Assembly: GCA_964016885.1 (NCBI GenBank)
Contig: OZ024741.1
Span: forward strand, 66,402,001-66,466,000
Direction: 5' to 3'
DNA length: 64,000 bases
Origin: Eledone cirrhosa
Lineage: Eukaryota
Made by a program: the position numbers and the translations under genes. Under the pieces are notes generated by a model. The model saw only the letters and a program-made list of their open reading frames with translations. It had not been told where the DNA came from and searched no databases. Positions 1 to 11,000 of this stretch are shown here, one piece after another. Every line of letters starts with the position of its first letter. The first letter of the stretch is position 1.

Positions 1-2440
1 ATACCTCGACGGCCTGCCGCGCCTCTCGGACAGGGAGGCGAAGTCCTGCGAGGAGCCGATTTCGGCCGCTGAGATAGAGGACGTGCTGAGCCAATGCGGC
101 AAACGCAAATCCCCGGGTCTCGATGGTCTTCCTTACGAATTATATCTAGCTATGCCGGACTTGTTCCCCGATCTCCTCGAGGTGGTCTACTGCAACTGGC
201 AACAGAACGGGAGAATTCCCTGTACTGTGACCAAGGGCGTAGTCACGCTAGTGAGGAAGGACGAGAACAAGGGGGACGAAATAAGTAACTTCAGGCCCAT
301 AACACTGCTAAATACAGAGTTACAGATTTTGGCCAAGGTGCTAGCAAAGAGGTTGGCGCTTGTCGTGGGCAACCTGGTGGGAGATGCGCAGACATGCGCT
401 ATCCCGTCCAGGTCCATCCATGACAACCTCCACCTCATGCGATACATCATAGAGAGGGTTGGGAACGAACCCGGCTTTGGTGGGGCTCTGATCAACTTGG
501 ATCAATCTAAGGCGTTCGATAGGGTCGACCATGGTTACCTGGATGCGGTGCTAGCGGCGGCAGGCTTCGGACCCGTTTTCAGGGGCTGGATCACTGCTAT
601 GCACAGCAGCCGCATCTGCTCAAGGGTCAAGGTGAACGGCTACCTCTCGGAGTCGTTCAAAATCGCGCGGTCCATCCGACAAGGGTGCCCTCTCTCCTCC
701 CTTCTGTATGTGTTGACTCTCGAGCCACTACTGCGGAAGTTGGAGTTGTTGCAGGGCATCCCTTTGGAACCGGGATTGCGGAAAGCGGTGTCGGCCTACG
801 CCGATGACGTGACAGTAATGGTGTCGACGGCCTCCGAAATCGAGGCGGTCGGCACCTTACTGGAGGAGTACGAAAAGTTCACAGGGGCTAAGCTGAACCG
901 GGACAAGTCGATCGGTTTGCAACTCGGCACGTGGAGGGGCAGACCGATGCCCTCCGATGGCGTCGTCGGACGCTGGACGGAGGGCCCGGTGAAGTTGCTC
1001 GGGGTCTGGTTCGGACCGGACCTCCAGGTGGAGAAAAACTGGGCGGAGGTTACGAACAGGGTGTTTGCACTGACCCAGAAGTGGGCCAGTTGCAAACTAT
1101 CCCTGAAAGGTCGGGCGGAGGTGGCGAACACTTATATAGCGTCCGTCATCTACTACCGCCTGACCGTAGTGCCCTGCCCAAGGGAAACCCTCACCAAGAT
1201 GGAGCGCGCGCTCTTCCAATTCCTTTGGAAGAGGCGGGCTCCTATGGTGAGGAGATCCATCTGCTGTCAACACCCTTCGAAAGGAGGGCTGGGGATGCCG
1301 TGGCTAATGATGCGTAAACACGCATTAAGGCTACGGCACCTCTACGTATTCCTCACCGGACAACCGGTGTGGGCCTCGTTTGTAAGACGAACCTTTCCCA
1401 GACTCGTCTCACTCACCGAGCTGCAATCCTGGGTCAAGCAAAGACCGAGAAAACTGGGCGCCTGGCACACTGAGTGTGCCCAGGCGCTCACCGCCCTCTG
1501 GCAGGCGGATCCGGTTATCAGTGGAGACTCCACCGCAACATTCTATAGAGGGCTGGTACGCAGCAGGTGCGACGACGCCCTCGGAGAAGCCCTAGACATG
1601 GAGGAGGACGAACTGGCCAGCCTGTTCGGTAGGACATTCAGCCCGGGACCTATGGACAACTTCCAGAAGTCCCTGGCCTGGCAGTGCTACCGAGGGGCTT
1701 TACCCGTTCGAGAAAGGCTCTACAGACACGGGCGCCCGGGTAGGGACCCCGCCAAAAAGATCTGTCCCAGATGCGTGTGCGACGAGGAAACCGTTGCACA
1801 CGCATTGGTACACTGCCCGGGCGTAGCCGATCTGTGGGGCTATGTCGAACAACTGCTGTCAAGGGTGGGACCGATCCGGTTGACCACCGAGTCTATTGTA
1901 ATGATCAAGCCGCCTCCCCCCTTCAAAGATGAAGCAGAGGCGGTGTTTCTGTGCGTAATAGCCATGGCGAAAGAGGTTGTATGGTGGACGCGTCTGAAAG
2001 GACTGAGGTCAGGCACCTTTCTCTCTGGCCAACAACTGGTCCGTTTCTTCCGATATCATTTCGGAAGAAGGATCAGGATGGAGAGAGAGGTGCTGCACCC
2101 CAGTCGTTTTTATGAAAGGTGGGTGAAAGTGGCGAGAATGGCCCGTGTGAATGGGCCTTCTCTTTACATAAGCCTGTAGGTGGAAAAGAGGAAGGAACGA
2201 GGGAGCACCCCCTCTCTGTGCTCCTGAGGAAAAGGGTTGCACACTTTTTTCGGGGGTGTGTGCGACCCCCCAAGGCGCCTCCTCTCTATTGAGGATTTTG
2301 TTAAAAATTTTATTTTTGTTATATCTTATTTTATTTTTATATTTTGTTATTGCCTCCTCCTTATTGAGGACGCCTTTTTGTGTAAACTCCCCCCTTTGTA
2401 CTTGTCCCACTTTTGATGCCCTAGTGGCAAATAAAAGAAA
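1..2440 (+). mobile_element. Tx1-clade non-LTR retrotransposon, copy 1 (5' part outside the window)
   Basis: Contains an RT ORF and a 3' UTR ending CCCTAGTGGCAAATAAAAGAAA, followed directly by (CTAT)n. Confidence 0.9.
2..2179 (+). CDS. ORF2 (partial): reverse transcriptase plus C-terminal CCHC motif
   Basis: Motifs KSPGLDG, FRPITLLN, LDQSKAFDRV, RQGCPLS, YADD, GGLG and CPRC-X7-H-X4-C. The frame is open from the window edge. Confidence 0.92.
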   Translation, partial: YLDGLPRLSDREAKSCEEPISAAEIEDVLSQCGKRKSPGLDGLPYELYLAMPDLFPDLLEVVYCNWQQNGRIPCTVTKGVVTLVRKDENKGDEISNFRPITLLNTELQILAKVLAKRLALVVGNLVGDAQTCAIPSRSIHDNLHLMRYIIERVGNEPGFGGALINLDQSKAFDRVDHGYLDAVLAAAGFGPVFRGWITAMHSSRICSRVKVNGYLSESFKIARSIRQGCPLSSLLYVLTLEPLLRKLELLQGIPLEPGLRKAVSAYADDVTVMVSTASEIEAVGTLLEEYEKFTGAKLNRDKSIGLQLGTWRGRPMPSDGVVGRWTEGPVKLLGVWFGPDLQVEKNWAEVTNRVFALTQKWASCKLSLKGRAEVANTYIASVIYYRLTVVPCPRETLTKMERALFQFLWKRRAPMVRRSICCQHPSKGGLGMPWLMMRKHALRLRHLYVFLTGQPVWASFVRRTFPRLVSLTELQSWVKQRPRKLGAWHTECAQALTALWQADPVISGDSTATFYRGLVRSRCDDALGEALDMEEDELASLFGRTFSPGPMDNFQKSLAWQCYRGALPVRERLYRHGRPGRDPAKKICPRCVCDEETVAHALVHCPGVADLWGYVEQLLSRVGPIRLTTESIVMIKPPPPFKDEAEAVFLCVIAMAKEVVWWTRLKGLRSGTFLSGQQLVRFFRYHFGRRIRMEREVLHPSRFYERWVKVARMARVNGPSLYISL

Positions 2441-2441
2441 C

Positions 2442-2442
<1 letters not shown>

Positions 2443-2497
<55 letters not shown>

Positions 2498-2500
2498 ATA

Positions 2501-2550
<50 letters not shown>
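2443..2550 (+). repeat. (TATC)n then (TGTC)n microsatellite
   Basis: Read directly from the sequence. Confidence 0.97.
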
Positions 2551-2551
<1 letters not shown>

Positions 2552-2570
2552 CCCTTCTCTCTATCTCTTT

Positions 2571-2690
2571 TAATATATAGTTTATTTTAATTTATTAATG
2601 TTAAAGTTTACACAATTTTTATATAAACCCCCCGCCGTCAACGCCTTGTAACGTACCATTTCTTCTAAGCCCCTGTGGCAAATAAAGAAA
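2571..2690 (+). mobile_element. Extremely 5'-truncated 3' end of a related Tx1 subfamily
   Basis: Ends CCCTGTGGCAAATAAAGAAA followed by TATC, matching the terminus of the other copies. Also has the TAAACCCCCC...CCTTGTA motif resembling their 3' UTRs. Confidence 0.6.
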
Positions 2691-2716
2691 GATATCTATC
2701 TATCTACCCATTACTT

Positions 2717-2764
<48 letters not shown>

Positions 2765-2805
2765 CCCATTACTTTCTCTCTCTCTATCTATCTATCTATC
2801 TATCT

Positions 2806-5524
2806 ATAGACAGGGCCCCGGTTACTGGAAGCTCAACTTGTCCTTGCCGGCAAGTAGAGCCTACAGGAATCGGATTAGTACGTTAGTTAAGGAACGGTTG
2901 ACTGGAGCGATCGTCAACAGCAGGTGGTGGGTATCTCTAAAGAGAGAGATTAGAGTAGTCTCGATAGAATTTAGTAAGGTTCTAGCTGCGGATAGGAATA
3001 GGAAGGAAAGGGAGCTAATAGATAGAGTAGAAGAGGCAATTAGAAGCGGCGACGTGGCCAGAGTGCTAGCGTCGAGAACGGCTTTGAGTCAGTTTTTCGA
3101 CGCGAAGCACGAAGGCTGCGTTGTCCGAACTAAAATACGTGCTCTAGGGAACGAGGGGACCAAAGCTGTTAGCTGGGCCCGCGTGACAGAGGCCAACAGT
3201 GGAACTAAATCCACCATCCGGTCTTTGCAAGACCTGGATGGACGGGCGATTCTTGAGCCTAAGCAGATGTGTGAGGCCTTTCAAAGGCACTTTGCCCGAC
3301 TGTTCGGGAGGGGCGGGGAGCCGGTTGGGAACGTGGACTTCGGTCCATACCTCGACGGCCTGCCGCGCCTCTCGGACAGGGAGGCGAAGTCCTGCGAGGA
3401 GCCGATTTCGGCCGCTGAGATAGAGGACGTGCTGAGCCAATGCGGCAAACGCAAATCCCCGGGTCTCGATGGTCTTCCTTACGAATTATATCTAGCTATG
3501 CCGGACTTGTTCCCCGATCTCCTCGAGGTGGTCTACTGCAACTGGCAACAGAACGGGAGAATTCCCTGTACTGTGACCAAGGGCGTAGTCACGCTAGTGA
3601 GGAAGGACGAGAACAAGGGGGACGAAATAAGTAACTTCAGGCCCATAACACTGCTAAATACAGAGTTACAGATTTTGGCCAAGGTGCTAGCAAAGAGGTT
3701 GGCGCTTGTCGTGGGCAACCTGGTGGGAGATGCGCAGACATGCGCTATCCCGTCCAGGTCCATCCATGACAACCTCCACCTCATGCGATACATCATAGAG
3801 AGGGTTGGGAACGAACCCGGCTTTGGTGGGGCTCTGATCAACTTGGATCAATCTAAGGCGTTCGATAGGGTCGACCATGGTTACCTGGATGCGGTGCTAG
3901 CGGCGGCAGGCTTCGGACCCGTATTCAGGGGCTGGATCACTGCTATGCACAGCAGCCGCATCTGCTCTAGGGTCAAGGTGAACGGCTACCTCTCGGAGCC
4001 GTTCAAAATCGCGCGGTCCATCCGACAAGGGTGCCCTCTCTCCTCCCTTCTGTATGTGTTGACTCTCGAGCCACTACTGCGGAAGCTGGAGTTGTTGCAG
4101 GGCATCCCTTTGGAACCGGGATTGCGGAAAGCGGTGTCGGCCTACGCCGATGACGTGACAGTAATGGTGTCGACGGCCTCCGAAATCGAGGCGGTCGGCA
4201 CCTTACTGGAGGAGTACGAAAAGTTCACAGGGGCTAAGCTGAACCGGGACAAGTCGATCGGTTTGCAACTCGGCACGTGGAGGGGCAGACCGATGCCCTC
4301 CGATAGCGTCGTCGGACGCTGGACGGAGGGCCCGGTGAAGTTGCTCGGGGTCTGGTTCGGACCGGACCTCCAGGTGGAGAAAAACTGGGCGGAGGTTACG
4401 AACAGGGTGTTTGCACTGACCCAGAAGTGGGCCAGTTGCAAACTATCCCTGAAAGGTCGGGCGGAGGTGGCGAACACCTACATAGCGTCCGTCATCTACT
4501 ACCGCCTGACCGTAGTGCCCTGCCCAAGGGAAACCCTCACCAAGATGGAGCGCGCGCTCTTCCAATTCCTTTGGAAGAGGCGGGCTCCTATGGTGAGGAG
4601 ATCCATCTGCTGTCAACACCCTTCGAAAGGAGGGCTGGGGATGCCGTGGCTAATGATGCGTAAACACGCATTAAGGCTACGGCACCTCTACGTATTCCTC
4701 ACCGGACAACCGGTGTGGGCCTCGTTTGTGAGACGAACCTTTCCCAGACTCGTCTCACTCACCGAGCTGCAATCCTGGGTCAAGCAAAGACCGAGAAAAC
4801 TGGGCGCCTGGCACACTGAGTGTGCCCAGGCGCTCACCGCCCTCTGGCAGGCGGATCCCGTTATCAGTGGAGACTCCACCGCAACATTCTATAGAGGGCT
4901 GGTACGCAGCAGGTGCGACGACGCCCTCGGAGAAGCCCTAGACATGGAGGAGGACGAACTGGCCAGCCTGTTCGGTAGGACATTCAGCCCGGGACCTATG
5001 GACAACTTCCAGAAGTCCCTGGCCTGGCAGTGCTACCGAGGGGCTTTACCCGTTCGAGAAAGGCTCTACAGACACGGGCGCCCGGGTAGGGACCCCGCCA
5101 AAAAGATCTGTCCCAGATGCGTGTGCGACGAGGAAACCGTTGCACACGCATTAGTACACTGCTCGGGCGTAGCCGATCTGTGGGGCTATGTCGAACAACT
5201 GCTGTCAAGGGTGGGACCGATCCGGTTGACACCGAGTCTATTGTAATGATCAAGCCGCCTCCCCCCTTCAAAGATGAAGCAGAGGCGGTGTTTCTGTGCG
5301 TAATAGCCATGGCGAAAGAGGTTGTATGGTGGACGCGTCTGAAAGGACTGAGGTCGGGCACCTTTCTCTCTGGCCAACAATTGGTCCGTTTCTTCCGATA
5401 TCATTTCGGAAGAAGGATCAGGATGGAGAGAGAGGTGCTGCACCCCAGCCGTTTCTATGAAAGATGGGTGAAAGTGGCGAGAATGGCCCGTGTGAATGGG
5501 CCTTCACTCTACATCAGACTATAG
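2806..5524 (+). pseudogene. Truncated ORF2 (RT) with a 1-bp deletion near 5230
   Basis: ORFs 2838-5246 and 5117-5524 together match copy 1. TTGACACCG here versus TTGACCACCG in copy 1. Confidence 0.88.
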
Positions 5525-5786
5525 GTGAGGAAGATGAAAGACCAAGGGAGCACCCCTTCTCTGTGCTCCTGAGGAGAAGGGTTGCACACTTTTTTCGGGG
5601 GTGTGTGCGACCCCCCAAGGCGCCTCCTCTCTATTGAGGATTTTGTTAAAAATTTTATTTTTTGTTATATCTTATTTTATTTTTATATTTTGTTATTGCC
5701 TTCTCCTTATTGAGGACGCCTTTTTGTGTAAACTCCCCCCTTTGTACTTGTCCCACTTTTGATGCCCTAGTGGCAAATAAAAGAAA
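2806..5786 (+). mobile_element. Tx1 copy 2, 5'-truncated at the end of the endonuclease domain
   Basis: Starts at RQGPGYWKLN directly after (TATC)n, is near-identical to copy 1 (offset about 3346 bp), and ends AATAAAAGAAA plus (TATC)n. Confidence 0.92.
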
Positions 5787-5788
5787 TA

Positions 5789-5865
<77 letters not shown>
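5787..5865 (+). repeat. (TATC)n microsatellite between copies 2 and 3
   Basis: Read directly from the sequence. Confidence 0.97.
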
Positions 5866-5866
<1 letters not shown>

Positions 5867-6098
5867 ACAATCTAGCTGTCGTCTGTTCTACAGTGTGGAT
5901 GTCATTCACTTCGCACAGAAGTTTTGTTCAAATTTATTGAGGACATTTTGTGAGTTCAAACTTAATTTTGATACAATTGTGTAGCTTGACCCTCCGTCTG
6001 AACTGTCAGGCGGTGGGTCAGCTCATCTTTACCCCTCCTAGAGGTGAAAAACCTGTTTTAAAAAATTTTGTGTAAAAAATTTCAATCGTCTAACAGAA

Positions 6099-8001
6099 AT
6101 GTTAAACGCAGCGAACGAAAACAGTGGTGGGGGGACAGCGGTAAGAGTTGTAAGCTCGCACGCTTTAGTCCTCCCTTCCTTCCCAACTAACGTCATAGAG
6201 AAGGAAGGAAAAATTAAAATAAAAACAGACGAATCTGCGGAGAAAAAATTAAATGACGAAAACACAAATCTGGACTTGGATTCCAACAACGAAAAAAAAA
6301 AATTTGAAAAATTGCATGACAATACTAATAACACAAACAAAGACACAACAAACACAAAAATAACAGTTGAAAATAACACCATATCAGAAAACAAAGCAGA
6401 CGACAAGATTTCATTTGCACAGAAAACAAAGAAATCTTTGACTTATATAGCGGAAAACATTTCAGATGTGGTACGAAGGATCACGGACGCCAAACAATAC
6501 ATAAGTGAAGGAGAGAATGGTATTTTATCGGTAAAAATGCCTCAAGAATTCACGAAAGACATTGAAAGCCGAACGGTCAAGTTTCGGACCATCAACAACA
6601 GTACAAAAAAACCTGAACAGCCTTCTCAAGCAAATATCAAAACAGTACTCACAGAAGTACTTAATGAAACCACTTTCATAAGAAAAGACAGACTGTATGG
6701 AAGCCTAGCAATTATCATGAAGAACGAATCGGCGGCAAAAAAATGTGCTTTGTCACCGATTCGTTCGAAAAATTTCACCTTTTATCCATCTTATATGGGG
6801 AAAAGAACTCAACGCATATGGCTGGATGCAATGATGCCAGATGTGGACTACTGCTGGCTCATAGCTGGCTTCATCGATCCAGTAAATGACAACGTGATTT
6901 CCATTGGGAAAACCACAGGCAATGCGTTCAGTGGAACAGGTATAGAGCTGGTAGTACAAATGAAGCCTGAACGCATCGCCCAAATACCCGACAGAATCCT
7001 ATTAGAGGACCACGGGTATATAAACATTAGCGTGGAGGGGAGAAGGCCGTCCTGCCATATCTGTGCAGGCAGAGGGCACCTGAAGGCCGCTTGTCCCCAA
7101 CTCAACAAAAAGAAAACCCTGCTACCAACACCAGCTCCACCACCACCACCACAACAGATAAACAAACAACAAAACTCAGTCCCACCCAACCCGTCCCTCA
7201 GTAAAACCACAACACCACCACAACACAAACAGTCACAACACATTACCCCAAAACAAAATACAGGCCCACCCAACCTCTCACTCAATAAAACAACACAACC
7301 ACCGCAGACACAACACACAACACAGTCTAACATAGTGACATCCATCTCCCCCACAAAGAAAACCAACACGGAAACATTACCAGCAAACATACCTCTTCCC
7401 TCCAACACTGAAGATAACCCAACGAATTCGGAGGAAGAAACGGAGTCCTTCAGACAGATTAAAAGGAAAAAAAGAAAACATGTGCAAAACACACAAGGAC
7501 AAACAACCCCCACCCAAATCTCAACACAATCCAACAAAACAGAAAACACCCCTCCAGCAACAAACAAAACCAAACCTGCCCCTCCCCTCTTCGAAACACT
7601 CACACCATCGGAAAAAAAGACATTACACTATACTTACATCAACAGAAACAATAATAAATTAAATGAGCTCATATACAATAATCCTTCGGTACAAACCGAA
7701 GGTGTAAACTTTGTTTCGTCAGAAAACTACCCACATTTAAAACTAATAAAGATCCCAATGAACCTCTACCAAAAACTAAAAAAAGGATTTTAAGGAGGAC
7801 GTAGGACCACCGTCTGTCAAACCCATAAACCGCGTCCTACTAAAAAGCTTTCCCCCTCCCCTTCCCCTCCCCAACACAACTCCAAACACCCCAACCCCAC
7901 CACACACTGACGACCCCACACCACCACAAGACACCCCTTCACCCAACACCCCCGACCCCATGGAAGTCGTGCAACCCGAACCCCGGGAAGCGGAAAGGTA
8001 G
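6099..8001 (+). CDS. ORF1 (gag-like, CCHC zinc knuckle) with a 1-nt frameshift in the A-run at about 7778-7784
   Basis: CHICAGRGHLKAAC (CX2CX4HX4C). The track ORF stops at 7793, but the +1 frame continues DFKEDVG...REAER* to 8001, matching the ORF1 end of the 57-kb element. Confidence 0.8.
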
Positions 8002-8034
8002 GTCTCTACACTCTCCTTTGGCTCTGCCGCCCAC

Positions 8035-11000
8035 ATGGATGTGTTAAGAGTAGGATGTTTGAATGCACGTGGCCTGGGCTCAACTTGGAAGCAAGCAAAG
8101 CTTCTAAATGACCTCAGGTCATGTAGTATAAATGTAATGGTTATCTGTGAGACTCGAATCAGCGTCGTGCGGCAGCTGGCCCCCACCTTCGATGACTTTG
8201 AGGTGCATGCATCTCTCTGTCAACCTGGAGGTGGGGGTGGGGTTGTCGTACTGCTGCAAAAACACCTGGGTCTTGCCGTACAAGTTGTGCACTCGGACCC
8301 GGAGGGTCGTTTGTTGGTGCTAGACGTTGGCAGTAGTGAAAGTGCGGCCTTGAGACTGGTCGCCGTCTACTCCCCTTTCGGAGCTGAACGGCCCGACTTC
8401 TTCCAGCGTTTGGAGACTTTTCTGGGAACGTCGCGTTCCCTGCTTCTAGCGGGGGATTGGAATGACATCCTGGATGCACGTTGGAACTATGCAGGAGCAT
8501 GTCCTAATAGAGGGGGGTGTAACAGCCTCAAGGGGTTACTCGACCGTTTTAACTTGGTCGATAGATATCGACTAGATTTTCCAACTGTGCCTACCTGGAC
8601 TTGGAGAAACCACAGTGGTCAATCTAGATCGTACTTAGATAGATTCTTAGTTAGAAGTAAGGATAGGGACATATTAAGCTGTCCAGAAATGCGCACGGTT
8701 GGCTACACGGATCACAAATTAGTGACCTGCGTGGTCAATCTCGAGAAAACACATAGACAGGGTCCCGGTTACTGGAAACTTAATTTGTCTTTACCGGCAA
8801 AAGAGACTTACAGAAACCGGATTAGCAGATTAGTTAAGGAGAGGTTGACGGGTGCAATCGTCAACAACCGATGGTGGGCATCTCTCAAAAGAGAGATTAG
8901 AACAGAATCAATAAGTTATAGCAAGATGTTAGCTGCCGATAGGAATAGAAACGAGAAAGAATTAACAGGTAAATTAGAAGAGGCAATCAAGAGCGAAGAT
9001 GTGGCCAGAGTGCTGGCATCGAGGACGGCCTTGAACCAGTTTTTCGATGCAAAGCACGAAGGCTGCGTCATCCGAAGTAAAATACGTGCTCTAGGTAATG
9101 AGGGGGCCAAAGCCGTTGGATGGGCCCGCGTGACAGAAGCTAAGAGTGGAAATCGATCCACCATCCGGTCGTTGCAAGACGAAGATGAACGGGTGATCCG
9201 GGAGCCTAAGCAGATGTGCGAGGCCTTTCAAAGGCACTTTGCCCGATTGTTCGGGGGAGGCGAGGGTCCGGGCGGGGGCGTGGATTTCGGTCCATACCTC
9301 GACGGCCTGCCGCGTCTCTCGAACGAAGAGGCAGAGTCCTGCGAGGGACCAATCTCGGCTGATGAGATCGGAGATGCGCTGAGCCAATGCAGCAGACGCA
9401 AATCTCCAGGTCTCGATGGTATACCTTACGAACTTTATTTAGCAATGCCGGTCTTCTTCTCCGAACTCCTCGAAGCGGTCTACTGCAATTGGCAGCAGAA
9501 CGGGAGAATTCCTTGTTCTGTAGCCAAGGGCGTAGTCACGCTGGTGAGGAAGGACGAGAACAAGGGGGATAATATAAATAATTTTCGGCCCATAACCCTG
9601 CTAAACACAGAGTTAAAGATTTTGGCCAAGGTGTTAGCAAAGAGGTTGGCGCTTGTCGTGGGTGGCCTGGTGGGAGATGCGCAGACATGTGCTATCCCAT
9701 CCAGGTCCATTCACGATAACCTCCATCTCATGCGATACATCATAGAGAGGGTTGGCAACAAACCCGGTTTTGGTGGGGCCCTGATCAACTTAGATCAGTC
9801 TAAGGCCTTCGATAGGGTCGACCATGGTTACCTGGATGCGGTGCTAGCGGCAGCTGGGTTCGGTCCTGTTTTCAGAGGCTGGATCACTGCCCTACATAGC
9901 AACCACATCTGTTCTAGGATCAAGGTGAACGGCTACCTTTCGAAGCCGTTCGAAATCACACGATCCATTCGACAGGGGTGCCCTCTCTCCTCCCTTCTGT
10001 ACGTATTGACTCTCGAGCCTTTACTGAGGAAGTTGGAGTTGTTGCAGGGTATCCCCCTGGAACCAGGATTGAGCAAAGCGGTGTCGGCCTACGCCGATGA
10101 CGTAACAGTAATGGTATCAACCGACTCGGAGATCGAGGCGATCGGTACCTTACTGGAGGAGTACGAAAGGTTGTCAGGAGCGAAACTGAACCGGGAAAAA
10201 TCCATCGGGCTGCAACTCGGAACGTGGAGAGGCAGACCGATGCCTCCTGACGGTGTCGTCGGACACTGGACGGAGGGCCCGGTAAAGTTGCTTGGGGTCT
10301 GGTTTGGACCGGACCTCCAGGTGGAAAAGAACTGGAACGAGGTTACGAACAAGGTGTTTGCACTAACCCAGAAATGGGCCAAGTGTAAGCTGTCCCTAAA
10401 AGGCCGGGCGGAGGTGGCGAACATTTACATAGCGTCCGTCACTTACTACCGCCTGACTGTCGTGCCTTGCCCTAAGGAAACACTCACCACCATGGAACGC
10501 ATGCTCTTCCAATTTCTTTGGAAGAAGCGTCCTCCTATGGTGAGAAGATCCATCTGCTGCCAACAACCTTCGAAAGGAGGGCTGGGGATGCCGTGGTTGA
10601 TGATGTGTAGGCACGCATTAAGGCTACGGCACCTACAGGTATTCCTCACTGGTCAACCGGTGTGGGCTCCGTTCGTGAAACGAGCCTTTCCGAGACTCGT
10701 CTCGCTCACCGAGCTACAGTCCTGGGTCAAGCAAAGATCCGGAAAACTGGGAGACTGGCACACTGAGTGTGCTCAGGCGCTCAGGGCTCTCTGGCAAGCG
10801 GACCAGGCCATCGGTGGAGAATCCACCTCATCATTCTATAGAGGGCTGGTGGCTAGCAGGGGCGATGACACCCTTGGAGAGTCGCTGGACATGGAAGAAG
10901 ACGAACTGGCCAGCCTGTTCGGTAGGACTTTCGGCCCAGGACCAATGGACAACTTCCAGAAGTCACTGGCCTGGCAGTGCTACCGGGGAGCTCTACCCGT

